Source: Opitutales bacterium | Lineage (GTDB): Bacteria > Verrucomicrobiota > Verrucomicrobiia > Opitutales > UBA2987 | Assembly (NCBI GenBank): GCA_965226885.1 | Contig: CBDDEL010000011.1 | Location: 160,001-224,000 of the forward strand | Reading direction: 5' to 3' | DNA: 64,000 nucleotides | Part shown: positions 30,646 to 41,249 of the stretch, in pieces | Position numbering within the stretch: position 1 is the first letter of the stretch | Layout: each line of letters begins with the position of its first letter | Notes under the pieces: model-generated | The model's database searches: none | What the model was told of the DNA's origin: nothing | The model's input: the letters and a program-made list of their open reading frames with translations, nothing else | Position numbers and translations under genes: made by a program

Positions 30646-32880
30646 TCATAAGCGTTCCAATTCCTGATATTGTTTCAATTTATTGCGGAGAGTTCGACTT
30701 GTGACCTTTAAATGCCTGGCTGCCAACGAGCGGTTTCCACCGGTTGTTTCCAGCGCGTGCAAAATATACCGTTTTTCCAATTCCTCAATGGATATGAGTG
30801 ATTCCGGATCGGGTTTGCCGCTTCCCTCGCCCTCAATAAAAGCAATTTTGGGGTGCGCAAAATTGGGATGCGAGGCCAATTCCTGCAAATGAAGTTCTGG
30901 GCCGTCCGGGGAAATCAATCCAAGGTTCGAGGGTTCGATATAATTCCCCGATTCGGTCAATATAACGGCTCGTTCGATCGTATTCTGCAATTCCCGGATA
31001 TTGCCGGGCCAATCGTGCGAGAGCAGGCTCGAATTGGCGGCAGAGGAAAAACCCGTTAGATTAACCCCGTGTTTGCGTTGCAAAATGGCTTTAAAGTGCT
31101 CCGCCAGGAGGAGTATGTCTTCCTTTATTTCACGCAATGGTGTGCTGTAAATGGGAAACACGTTGAGCCGATAATAAAGATCCTCCCGGAATTCGCCTCT
31201 TTTCACGCATTTGGCCAGGTCGCGGTTGGTAGTGGCCAGAACCCGCGTAGGTAGTGTATTAAGTAGGAATGGTGGCTAATTCTTGATTATATTGATGAAT
31301 GAAAAGTCTCAGACAGGTTTCATGCATACTCTTAAGCTTGGAAAAGGAGAGGGTTTTGCGTGTGAAACGACCCAGTCGTTGGCGCAGGGTATTGTTCCAT
31401 CGTTCCACATGGGCCGTTTCACCGGTTTCTTTTCCCACGGATCGGTTATGAGGAAAGACTTCATCATAAGTGCTCCAAAAGTCGCTGTAGGTGGCACATC
31501 TTTTGTAGGCCCGTGGCAGACGCTCGTAAAGTTCCCGGCAACGATACCAATCCCGAGGCCCAATGGCATAGGAGAGGATTTGACGGGTGCGTCGGCAAAG
31601 AGCGATCCAAACCCATTGGGCATCGCTCTTGCGCCCCACAAAAGACCACAGTTCGTCCAGTTCAATGACATCATGGCGGCGGGCCGCAAGAATCGTGCTT
31701 TTGAGCGGTCGCAGCGATTGTCGTTTTTTTTAACCAACTCAAAACGGTGTTGGGACTCACCCCGAAGGCGCGCTGTAAACCGCGTAGACTGCTGCGTTCC
31801 TGATAGACTCGAAGGATCATTTCTTTTTGCTCTTCGGTGTATTTCACTGTGGGGTTTTCGCGGCTTTGTTTACCACAATCATGGCAGCGGTAGCGCTGTT
31901 TATGGTTGGGCGTCTTGCCAAATTTAATGATATTTTCACTTCCACAGTGCCGACAATTAATAATTTTAGTAACCATGCACTAAAAATAAACTGCCTAACG
32001 CTATTTGTACAGCTAAAAATACAAAATAACATTCTTTTTTTATACACTACCCCCGCGTATCGACCTGAATGGCTTTGTTTCCACCGACGCGCTCGAATTC
32101 CCTCTCCTGCAACACCCTCAAAAGTTTAGCCTGCAAATGCGGAGAAATCTCACTGATTTCATCCAGTAGAATGGTCCCGCCATGGGCCAGTTCAAAACGA
32201 CCACTACGGCGGCCGACCGCTCCTGTAAAGGCCCCCTTTTCATGTCCAAAAAACTCGCTCTCGATAAGAGTTTCCGATATTGCCGCGCAATTCATCTTGA
32301 TAAACGGAGCTGCGGAGCGGGAACTCGCTTTATGTAGTTCACCGGCGATAACCTCTTTGCCAGTACCGCTTTCACCATGTATGAGCACAGTGGCCTGCGT
32401 GGGCGCCACTTTTTGAATCAACTTTCGCAATTGGCGGGTGGCTGGGCTCCGGCCCACAAGCTCGGTTTTGAAGGAAACGCTTTGGCTGTAGAAGCGATTG
32501 ACATTAACGAGATGAGTATAGTTCTCAGCTTTGTGGATAACCATCTCGATCTGGTTGGTGGAAAAGGGTTTGATCAGATAATCGAAAGCGCCCGCCCGCA
32601 TACAGTCAACGGCGGATTCAACGGTTCCATAGCCCGTCATCATAACAATTAAAGGGGCGTCTGGCTTTTTCGAAATTTTGTTCAATAAAGTCGTTCCATC
32701 TCCGTCGGGCAGACGTAAATCCATAAAAACCAGGTCGAAGAGGTCCTTCTCCAGATACTTCTCGGCGGTCTTGATGGTTCCGGCAACGGAAACGGAATAA
32801 CGCTTTCTGCGCAATAATTCCTGCAGAGATTTTCGGATGATCAGCTCGTCATCGAGTACGAGTATTTTCTCAAAAGCCAT
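30646..32880 (-). pseudogene. Sigma-54-dependent response regulator (NtrC family) interrupted by IS1-B
   Basis: Receiver, [18 protein letters not shown]; after the IS FREDLYYRLNV, WPGNIRELQN, Fis HTH; 8-bp TSD. Confidence 0.93.
31250..32051 (-). mobile_element. IS1-family element B, intact (802 bp)
   Basis: IRs GGTAGTGTAT; TSD CCCGCGTA (31242-31249, 32052-32059); insA 31671-31976, insB to 31259. Confidence 0.95.
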
Positions 32881-33022
32881 TTGCCGCCACTATTATCTGC
32901 AACCAATAAAGACCGATAACTCAATAAAAAACCAACCCCAGTTGGCTAAAACTGACTGGGGAAATAAATATTTCATCAATGACCGATTCTAAGTTATGAG
33001 TATTTTTATGCAATGAGGGAAA

Positions 33023-33038
33023 ATCCCTATTTAGGGAT
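33023..33038. promoter_or_regulatory. Palindrome, possible operator upstream of the sigma-54 regulator
   Basis: ATCCCTA-TT-TAGGGAT in AT-rich intergenic DNA. Confidence 0.3.
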
Positions 33039-33083
33039 AATTTATACCCTCTAGCGGCCTCGGATTCTTAAAAAAATGACTAA

Positions 33084-34646
33084 CCCGGATATTTCGTAAA
33101 AAAAGTATCGTTGATATGCTTAACTGCTGATATACAGCAGGATAGATCAATAATTAAAGCAATATCAGCGATGACAAAAGGTAAACAATTAAAGCTACAG
33201 TTGACAAGGGTAAAAGGCCGCCGTGTGCGGGTTGATTTCAAGGGCGGAGAGGTTACTTCGGATGCCGGACTGCTTTTGATCCGGGAAGTGGATCGGCAGT
33301 TGGGCTTGACCGAACGAGCGGCCCGACAGTTAGTGGACAAACGGCAGAAGGGCAAAGTACGCCATGAGGTATTGGGGATGCTGCGGCAGCGCGTTTACGG
33401 GCTGGTGGCGGGCTATGAGGATTTGAACGACTTTGATACCCTGCGCCACGATCCATTGTTGCAAACGGTAACGGGCGCATTGAAACGTTGGCCAGCGCGC
33501 CGACTTTGTGTCGTTTTGAAAACGGGCAGGATCGGCGGGCGGCCTTTGCGGTAAACGAGCTGTTGGTCGAACAGTTCATGGGCTCCTTTGCCGAGGAACC
33601 CGAAGAGATCATCCTGGACTTTGACGGCACCGACAATCCGGTGCACGGGCTCCAGGAGGGACGTTTTTTCCACGGTTATTATGATCATTACTGTTTTCTG
33701 CCGCTATATGTTTTTTGCGGTGATCAGCTGCTGGTGGCCTACCTGCGGCCGAGCAAGATCGATGCCAGCAAGCATGCCGGGGCCATCCTCAAATTGCTGG
33801 TTAAACGGATTCGCTAAAGCTGGCCCCGTACGCGGATTATTTGGCGCGCCGACAGTGGATTTTGTCGAGACCGGATACTCTCTTGGTGCGACCGCAACGA
33901 AGTTAGTTACATCGTGGGGATGGCTCGCAATGCACGCTTGCAGCAAGACGCCCAGCAGTTGCAAAAGCAGGCCAAAGAATGGTTCGAACTAAGGGGTAAA
34001 AAACAACGGTTATTCCAGGACTTCGTCTATGCTGCCGATTCGTGGCGATGGCTGCGGTTGGTCATCCATAAAGCCGAACACACCGCACAGGGGTCCAACC
34101 CGCGCTTCGTGGTGACGAACCTGCCGGGCGATCCCCAGGAGCTTTACGACAAGGTATACTGTGGCCGCGGTGAAATGGAGAACCGAATCAAGGAACAGAT
34201 GCAATTGTTCAGCGAGCGCACCAGCGCCCATCAATGGTGGGCCAATCAGTGGCGATTGCTCTTGTCGGCGCTGGCCTACACCTTGATGGAAGCCATGCGC
34301 CGGTTAGCCTTAAAAGGGACGAAGTGGGCGCGGGCCCAATGCCACACCCTGCGGCTCAAATTAATCAAGATTGGAGCGGTCATCGTGCGCAACACCCGAA
34401 CGATTCACTTTCACCTAAGTGGTTATCCTTGGGCCAGTCTTTTCAACCATGCGGCCCGCCGATTGGTGCCAACCTAAAGGGTGCATTGGTGCTGCCCCCG
34501 GCACTACCGAACCAATGGGGGAAAGGGGGCAGTGTCTCTACACCCTGAAAAACACCTAAAAATCAAGACGATCTGCTCAAAATACAAAGAAATCCATCTC
34601 CAATAGCAATAACGAGCCAAACTTTACCCTTCATGAAATATCCGGG
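33084..34646 (+). mobile_element. IS1380-B full-length, defective transposase
   Basis: IRs CCCGGATATTTC, TSD CTAA; 1-bp deletion near 33475 and CAA>TAA at 33815. Confidence 0.93.
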
Positions 34647-34790
34647 CTAAGGTTATCTGTTTTTTCGATTTGGCAACCAAAAGAATTGCTTTTTTTGTCG
34701 GTGCGCCCAAATTGCTTAGATTGCTTCGTTTGAAAAGACCCACCATTCGACGTCAATTCATCCTTACAACCCGAGCTTGAAAGTATTTTT

Positions 34791-35015
34791 ATGGATTCAC
34801 ATGATTTGCCACCGGATTCACTGCGTAAAATAGTGCACGACCTGAATGGAGAATTATTTCTCATACGTGGTTTCGCTGACCTCACCTTGGGGAAAATTGA
34901 AAATAACCATCCGATTGCGGATAATATACGAAAAATCCTCCGCCGCACCGATGAGCTGGAACGCATTATTCAAACATTACGGCATAAACAGCAAGTTTTG
35001 GAGCCCGATGAATAA
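34791..35015 (+). CDS. Small stand-alone HisKA (DHp)-like protein, 74 aa
   Basis: LRKIVHDLNGELFLIRGFADL H-box pattern; no ATPase domain. Confidence 0.65.
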   Translation: MDSHDLPPDSLRKIVHDLNGELFLIRGFADLTLGKIENNHPIADNIRKILRRTDELERIIQTLRHKQQVLEPDE

Positions 35016-35176
35016 ATTCCCATGTATTTAATTACTGGAAATATTGGCTAAGAAATTGTCTTCTCAGGGCCATGTTATGATGTCGGCTGGTTGATTGAGA
35101 GTGAATTTCGATAATATTTTATATTTTCTTAAGGATTAAGTATAATTTCCGATATGAACCATGAGTAAAAGTACGT

Positions 35177-35425
35177 ATGGAAATTATAATTCAATCATCA
35201 TTTAGCGCACCCAACCCCCCACATACTCAACATAGGCAAATTATGCCCACAATACCCGAAAAGAAAAAAGTGGACCCTAAAAACAATCACCAGGGCCAGG
35301 AAATCCGGTCTCATATCGTTGCAAGGGGCAAGCTTCTTGCCCAGGATTCGAATTATCCAGACAGCAATATACTCAGGCAAACCGCCCAAAATTTGGTGGC
35401 TGAAAAATTGATTAAATTAATCTAG
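35177..35425 (+). CDS. Small protein with FlgM-like C-terminus (tentative)
   Basis: EIRSHIVARGKLLAQDSNYPDSNILRQTAQNL resembles the R..V...K..I..G.Y pattern of FlgM C-termini. Confidence 0.35.
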   Translation: MEIIIQSSFSAPNPPHTQHRQIMPTIPEKKKVDPKNNHQGQEIRSHIVARGKLLAQDSNYPDSNILRQTAQNLVAEKLIKLI

Positions 35426-35496
35426 AGGCAATTTTACCCGATTCAGATCGTCTTTCCGCCGTCTAGCCGTGACGGTCCCTGGTCCTTGCTTATGAG

Positions 35497-36183
35497 CTAG
35501 TCAATCAGGATCAGAGTGTCCTGCAATTCATTGAGGTCGTCTTCCGCTCGGGGCAATGGGCCGGATAACTGCCTGCCGGCCTCTTCAATTACCGCACTGA
35601 GGGCTTCGGCAGGATGATTTTTCGCCATCCCATTTGTCAATTGCCGGCAAAGTTGGTCGAGGAATGGCTGACCGAGTTTGTCCAGGATAATCTGGTCGCT
35701 CAAGACCATGGCCGTGCGCTCAAAGAGGGATATGTAAAACAAAAGACCGGAACTGCCGGCCGTATGATGGACCCGATTGTCGAAAAAAACTTCGCGAGCC
35801 CGGGCCGCCACTTCCTCCTGCATTTGTAATCGCGGAGTAAACAGCCGCCGGAGCCATCCGATGTGACTTCCCGCCGTGGCTCCGGCTGTGAAAGCGACCA
35901 CCATGGCCACCGCAAGGATCAGCAATTCCAGTAACAAGGGCAGCCCGCCGCCCCAGCTGCCTGTATCTTCTTTTTGCCCCGGGAGCAGCAGCCACAGGGA
36001 GATCGCGGCCACTATGGCCAGCCATAAACCAATAATATCTTCCGCCCGGTCGTAGCGACCCGAAGCGGTGGCCACTGCCGGGACAATTTCGCAGGAGGTT
36101 TGGCCCTCGGCTTTTTCCACCGCTTGCTCCACCTGTTTGCGCTGTTCTTCGCTAAAAAGTTGGGATGCCTTTTGCATAAGCAT
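35497..36183 (-). CDS. TPM-domain membrane protein
   Basis: AVEKAEGQTSCEIV, VHHTAGSSGLLFYISLFER, EDDLNELQD; in-frame ATG at 36183 inside the last 34-bp repeat. Confidence 0.85.
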   Translation of the reverse strand: MLMQKASQLFSEEQRKQVEQAVEKAEGQTSCEIVPAVATASGRYDRAEDIIGLWLAIVAAISLWLLLPGQKEDTGSWGGGLPLLLELLILAVAMVVAFTAGATAGSHIGWLRRLFTPRLQMQEEVAARAREVFFDNRVHHTAGSSGLLFYISLFERTAMVLSDQIILDKLGQPFLDQLCRQLTNGMAKNHPAEALSAVIEEAGRQLSGPLPRAEDDLNELQDTLILID

Positions 36184-36258
36184 AATTTCCAAGTTGGGAT
36201 GCCTTTTGCATAAGCATAATTTCCAAGTTGGGATGCCTTTTGCATAAGCATAATTTCC
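36157..36258. repeat. 3 x 34-bp perfect tandem repeat covering a translation start
   Basis: AAGTTGGGATGCCTTTTGCATAAGCATAATTTCC at 36157, 36191 and 36225, no spacers. Confidence 0.97.
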
Positions 36259-36263
36259 TGATT

Positions 36264-37070
36264 TTACCACGAACCGGAGGCTCCTCCGCCCCCGGAAGAT
36301 CCGCCGCCGAACGAGCCGCCGCTGAAACCCCCGCTCGAACTGCTTCTGAGCATTTGCATGAGCAAAAACCCTAGCAAGGTGAAAACCGCTCCCCAAAACA
36401 GCCAGGCCCATCCGCTCGCTCCCCGCTTGATGAGTGAAACTATGGTGAAGATGGCCAAACCGATAAATCCAACAACCAGGGCAAAATGCCACCAAGGGCG
36501 TGGCCGGGTCGGCAATTCAAGCTGTCTCGCCATTTTATCGAGAGCGCCCACCCCGGCTGCAATTCCCGCTGAAAACTTTCCCTGTTTAAAATGGTAAATG
36601 ATATGCTCCTGCATAATCTGGCGGCATTGGGCATCTTCCCGACGGCCCCACCCGGCGCCCAGTTCTATTCTCGCCTGCCGGTCGCCCCTTGAGACCAGCA
36701 GCAGAATGCCCGTATTCCAGTCCTGCTCTCCCAATTTTGCATGTCCTATGCCCCATTGGTTGAAGAGGATGGTGGAAAAAGTTTCGATGCTCATGCCGGA
36801 ACCTCCATGCCGCGCCATCGACTCAATGGTCACCACAATGATGGGGGTGGCTTTATCTGTCAGCAAGGCATCGCATAAAGCCTTAATTTGTTCTTCGTCC
36901 GCCGCATCAATCAAATTGGCCTGGTCGCGGACAAATTCCCTTTCCCCGGGTCGTTCAATGGTGATTTCCAGCCCCCATACGGTAGAACCACATACCGCTA
37001 TCGAGATTAAAAAAACGGAAAAGAGACGGATAACCGTTTTATTAAAGCTGCGATTATGGAATTTATTCAC
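36264..37070 (-). CDS. TPM-domain protein (YgcG-like)
   Basis: VRDQANLI, FNQWGIG, GILLLVSRGDRQARIELGAG, Gly/Ser tail GGGSSGGGGASGSW. Confidence 0.9.
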   Translation of the reverse strand: MNKFHNRSFNKTVIRLFSVFLISIAVCGSTVWGLEITIERPGEREFVRDQANLIDAADEEQIKALCDALLTDKATPIIVVTIESMARHGGSGMSIETFSTILFNQWGIGHAKLGEQDWNTGILLLVSRGDRQARIELGAGWGRREDAQCRQIMQEHIIYHFKQGKFSAGIAAGVGALDKMARQLELPTRPRPWWHFALVVGFIGLAIFTIVSLIKRGASGWAWLFWGAVFTLLGFLLMQMLRSSSSGGFSGGSFGGGSSGGGGASGSW

Positions 37071-37098
37071 CAGTCCGGTCTTTCTCCACGACTTAATA

Positions 37099-37620
37099 TT
37101 AACGCCAGATCACATTCCTTATTAAACCGTAAATGGTTCCAAGCAATCCCAATATACAAAAGCCCGCTCCCGGAATGGCAATAAAATTCAAGGATTCCTT
37201 AGCCGCGCCGGTACTTCCCAAGCCCGGCGCCTTGAATGCGGCCAGCATCCAGAACAAAGTGTAAAGCACTGCCCCCGCTCCGAAAGCTGTGGTAATTGTT
37301 TTTTCCACCCGCCCCGATTTGCCGATGAGGGCCATTAAGAGAATGCAGCTCAACGCGGTAGTCCCGATAGCGCCGCCATGAAGATGGGCTCTTTGCAGGT
37401 AAGTCCAGGACTTGTTGGCGACGGCATTCATTTGCGCCATATTCCCTTCGTAAACCGTTTCCAGAACCGATTCGGCGGATTCCCTTAAAATTGCTTTGAT
37501 CGAATCCTCGGCCGCTCCAAATATACCCCCCAGGCCAAACCCCAATTAAATGGAAATCAGGGCTAGGAGAATGCCGCAGGCAAAAGGTTGCAAGCTATTG
37601 ACGTTGTTCGTTTCACTCAT
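37099..37620 (-). pseudogene. Membrane protein with in-frame TAA at 37546-37548
   Basis: ATG 37620 reads MSETNNVNSLQPFACGILLALISI*LGFGLGGIFG; the stop splits a hydrophobic helix. Confidence 0.65.
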
Positions 37621-37736
37621 TTATCTGCCCGGCAGTTTGGTTATGGTAAAAACCGATGCAACTCCAAAGCATTTTCTAAAGAAACATAAAACTATACCCC
37701 TGCAAACGATCTCAAACCTGCTTGCCTCCTCCTAAA

Positions 37737-38555
37737 ATGACTTTTTATGAAAAACTGGATCATATTTGGAAACTGAATAATTCTTTGGTTTGCGTTGGTC
37801 TGGATCCCGACCTGGATCGAATGCCCCTTCATTTTCGGGGACAGGAGAATCCGATTTTTGCGTATTTGCGGGAGATCATCACCAAAACAGCAGATCTGGT
37901 ATGCGCTTATAAACCCCAGATCGCTTATTTTTCCGGCCAGGGAGCGGAGGATCAATTGTTGCTCACCATGAGGTACTTGAAGGAGCATCATCCGGAAATC
38001 CCCGTCATCCTCGACGCCAAACGGGGAGATATCGGCAGCACTGCGGCCATGTACGCGCGGGAAGCCTTTGACCGCTATGGGGCCGATGCGGTGACGGTTA
38101 ATCCCTACCTCGGAGGCGATTCTCTGGGGCCATTTTTGGAATGGAGCGACAAGGGAGTCTTTATTCTGTGCAGGACCTCCAATCCCGGAGGCATGGAATT
38201 GCAAAACCTTCAGGTGGATGGCCGGAAAATTTACCAGATCGTAGCGGAAAAAGCGGCTTGTGACTGGAATGGAAACGGAAATGTGGGACTCGTCGCCGGA
38301 GCCACCTATCCTCGGGAACTGGCTCAAATCCGTGAGGCCGTCGGCGATATGCCGCTGCTGGTGCCGGGAGTTGGAGCGCAGGGGGGCGATATCGGCCAGG
38401 TTGTCGAGGTGGGTTTGAACTCCCGCGGAACCGGGATGATCATCAATTCAGCGCGTGGCATTCTCTATGCGGGAAATGACCGGGATTTCGCCCAAGCGGC
38501 GCGCGCAGAGACAATTAAGCTAAGGGACGCCATCAATTTGTGTCGCCCGATTTGA
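37737..38555 (+). CDS. pyrF: Orotidine-5'-phosphate decarboxylase (type 2)
   Basis: CVGLDP, ILDAKRGDIGST, RTSNPG, LVPGVGAQGG. Confidence 0.95.
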   Translation: MTFYEKLDHIWKLNNSLVCVGLDPDLDRMPLHFRGQENPIFAYLREIITKTADLVCAYKPQIAYFSGQGAEDQLLLTMRYLKEHHPEIPVILDAKRGDIGSTAAMYAREAFDRYGADAVTVNPYLGGDSLGPFLEWSDKGVFILCRTSNPGGMELQNLQVDGRKIYQIVAEKAACDWNGNGNVGLVAGATYPRELAQIREAVGDMPLLVPGVGAQGGDIGQVVEVGLNSRGTGMIINSARGILYAGNDRDFAQAARAETIKLRDAINLCRPI

Positions 38556-38714
38556 ATTAAATTATTTTCCAGAGTGTAAGCATATTCAAGGCTGTCCGAC
38601 CTAAATGAAAATGCAGCCAAGAAACCGGCTGTTTGAAAATTGGGAAATAATCATGAAAATAATTAAAAAATTGGGAAGAGGCTTTTTATCGATTTTCATC
38701 GGGGGGTCTTCAAA

Positions 38715-39098
38715 ATGCCGATCCTGTGGCAGCTTTGGCTGGCCCTGCTGGTAGCTGGAAACATGGTTGTGCCGCTTTTATTTATTGATCGGCTGGAATC
38801 GCAGGTGGTTTTGGGCGCCATGGTTGGCGCTTTCATTTTGATGGTGGTTCTGACCGGGTTTACCGGTTTTACCCGCCTGCTGGGGCTGGGATATCTCGTT
38901 TTTTGGACTCCGGCCGTAATCTACCTTTTTGGCCGGTTGGGGGAGACCCCGGCAAACGATTTTTTTGGAATCTGGTTACGCTTGCTACTCGCCATTAATA
39001 TTTTATCTCTCATCATTGATGCTGCCGATGTCATTCGCTACATAGGCGGTGATCGTCTGGATTCTTTGTCCGGGCACAATTCTACCACAGATAATTAA
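38715..39098 (+). CDS. Small membrane protein (possibly 5'-frameshifted from ATG 38653)
   Basis: Four hydrophobic segments; upstream ATG out of frame by one base at a T5 run. Confidence 0.6.
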   Translation: MPILWQLWLALLVAGNMVVPLLFIDRLESQVVLGAMVGAFILMVVLTGFTGFTRLLGLGYLVFWTPAVIYLFGRLGETPANDFFGIWLRLLLAINILSLIIDAADVIRYIGGDRLDSLSGHNSTTDN

Positions 39099-40073
39099 TT
39101 GCTTAAAAAACACATCGTTATGCGGAAGATCCAGAACACTACTACTGCGGCGGCCTTTTTATTTTTCGGAATGTCTTTTGCTTCCTGCCTTATTGGGGGG
39201 GATGAGGAAATGGTGGAGGGGAGGCTGCACATCGAGATGGAGGACGCCAACGAAAGGACGCCCAACTGGTTTCCGGATGGGAAAAGGATTCTACTTGAAT
39301 CGGACTATTTTGGGGATTGGGAACTTTATACGATGAACGTGGATGAGGTCGGTTCGGAGAGGGAAAGGCTGACTTTCGATAAGAGTTCGGAACGCCAGCC
39401 AGCCCTTTCGCCCGACGCCAAGAGGGTTGTTTTTCAAAGCAATCGCAACGGCCCGATGGATTTGTTCATTTTGGAATTGGCGGATAAAAAAGTCCGGCAA
39501 CTGACCAGCATGGAGGGCGACGAGATGTTTCCCCACTGGTCGCCGGATGGCCAGCGAATTGCCTTTACCGCCAACAAGGCGGGAAATCTCGATCTTTATG
39601 TGACCGATGCGGAGGGCAAATCCGTACGGCAGTTGACCGACCACCCGGGCCGCGATGTCTGGCCGCGGTGGTCTCCCGATGGCTCGCAAATTCTGTTTTT
39701 CTCACGCCGGGATACCGATGGGCAGGATGACGAGCTATACCTCATGCCGGCGGAGGGCGGACCTGCCCGGAGAATTACCAATCGTGCGGGACATGATTTC
39801 TGCCCCGCCTGGTCGCCCGACGGTCAGCGCATTGCGGTCTCAGCGGTTGATGAAGAGGCCGGACGGAGCATCCACATCATCGACTTGCAGGGAAAGGTAT
39901 TAAGCTGTATCGGGCTGGGCTTTGTCAGGGTTACCATGCCGGTCTGGTCGCCGGACGGGACCAAAATCGCCTATATCGCGAGGGGCAATAAGGGGCTTTA
40001 CGATATTTATATCGAGGAAGTTCCCGCGACGGCCGATCAGGACGCTACTTTTTCTCCAGCCAGGAAACGATGA
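39099..40073 (+). CDS. TolB-like PD40 beta-propeller protein
   Basis: Repeated PxWSPDGxxI motifs after a signal-like N-terminus. Confidence 0.88.
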   Translation: MLKKHIVMRKIQNTTTAAAFLFFGMSFASCLIGGDEEMVEGRLHIEMEDANERTPNWFPDGKRILLESDYFGDWELYTMNVDEVGSERERLTFDKSSERQPALSPDAKRVVFQSNRNGPMDLFILELADKKVRQLTSMEGDEMFPHWSPDGQRIAFTANKAGNLDLYVTDAEGKSVRQLTDHPGRDVWPRWSPDGSQILFFSRRDTDGQDDELYLMPAEGGPARRITNRAGHDFCPAWSPDGQRIAVSAVDEEAGRSIHIIDLQGKVLSCIGLGFVRVTMPVWSPDGTKIAYIARGNKGLYDIYIEEVPATADQDATFSPARKR

Positions 40074-40884
40074 CTTCGCGGTTTTGTTTGTAAATGGCGT
40101 AAAGGATGCCGGGGGCGGAGCGATCCCAAGCGATACCCTGGCCGGGATTGCTGACTTTTATAGTTTCAAGCAACTCCAGGATGGAGCCGGCTTCGGGGAT
40201 TTTCATGACATAGATTTCCTCGGCGTCGTGCCCCGTCACATAGAGAAGGCCCTCTTCATCAAAAATACCGCCGGAAGAACTATAGCCGGCGAATTTTTCA
40301 AGGACCGAGGCGGGAAAAATCCAGCCTTCCTTGCGGTTCCAGTCCTTGTCGAATTTAACCAAGTTGGTCCATGTGGGATCGCGGTTGGGCTCCGCCGCCC
40401 GGTTCCCATAATGCGCGAAAGCGACGTACCAATGGTCGTCGTAAAAATCGATCCAGGTGGTGGAACCGGAATAGATGCCGAAGCTGTGCGAGCCGATGTG
40501 TTTCAGTGTCTTGGTATCCCAGATTTCGATGGAACCGGTCATGGGAACTCCCGGATAGTTGGAATGGGCGCAGTATAGTTTGCCGTCGAGAACGATTCCG
40601 CTGTTGAGGTGGATGAGCGGCTCTCCTTCGGGACACTCCCAGCCTGTTAGGCGCTCACCGGTGGTTTTGTCGTACTTGCCGATAGCATGATTGCTGATGG
40701 CGTAGAAGTATTTGGCGTCCACGGCCACAGCCTGCCTGGCTTCCACGGCCGGAAACCGCCGCAGCTCCTCGTAATCATAAGAACTCTCCGCCCAAAGGCC
40801 AGGCAGAGAAAGCGAGAGCAAGAAAACCCCGATAAGGCCAGGGCGAAGAAGGTTGAGAGATGGTAATATCTTATTCATATACAT
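40045..40884 (-). CDS. Secreted hypothetical protein (probable beta-propeller)
   Basis: Signal peptide-like N-terminus; EARQAVAVD, GQGIAWD; long intact ORF. Confidence 0.7.
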   Translation of the reverse strand: MYMNKILPSLNLLRPGLIGVFLLSLSLPGLWAESSYDYEELRRFPAVEARQAVAVDAKYFYAISNHAIGKYDKTTGERLTGWECPEGEPLIHLNSGIVLDGKLYCAHSNYPGVPMTGSIEIWDTKTLKHIGSHSFGIYSGSTTWIDFYDDHWYVAFAHYGNRAAEPNRDPTWTNLVKFDKDWNRKEGWIFPASVLEKFAGYSSSGGIFDEEGLLYVTGHDAEEIYVMKIPEAGSILELLETIKVSNPGQGIAWDRSAPGILYAIYKQNREVIVSWLEKK

Positions 40885-40917
40885 GATTCTGGCAAAGTGA
40901 GGATGGAAGACGTTTTT

Positions 40918-41174
40918 TCATTCTTCGGAGTGGAGCTTGAAATTCTCGAACTCGGGTTCTCCGGTTTCATTTTTTACTTTTAATTGTTCGATTTTTAATT
41001 CCGCCTCTTGCAGCCGTTTCTGGCAAAGACGCAAAAGTTTGTTGCCTTCTTCGAATTGGGATACCAGGTCGGCCAGCGGAATATCCCCGCCTTCCATTGA
41101 TTCCAGGATGGATTCGAGCTTCTCCAGCGCCTCCTCGAAAGCGATGGCTTTTTTTTGTCTTTGGACCCCGGCAT
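40918..41174 (-). pseudogene. xseB: Exodeoxyribonuclease VII small subunit, frameshifted in an A8 run
   Basis: FEEALEKLESILESMEAGDIPLADLVSQFEEGNKLLRLCQKRLQEAELKI; ATG at 41174 is out of frame by one base. Confidence 0.85.
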
Positions 41175-41249
41175 AATAATATTGAATGTTCTCCGGTATG
41201 AGCTAGTTGTCTAGCCAAAATTCGTTTGTGGAATTTCTGGAAACTCATC

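Noticed and set aside
34670..34690. Sigma-54 promoter TGGC...TTGC
   Set aside because: GG to GC spacing is 14 bp instead of the required 10.
36157..36258. CRISPR array (34-bp repeats)
   Set aside because: Repeats abut with no spacers, encode a gene start, and no cas genes are present.
35497..36495. 332-aa ORF as annotated in the track
   Set aside because: The extension is off-frame read-through of the upstream gene and the repeats; the real start is 36183.
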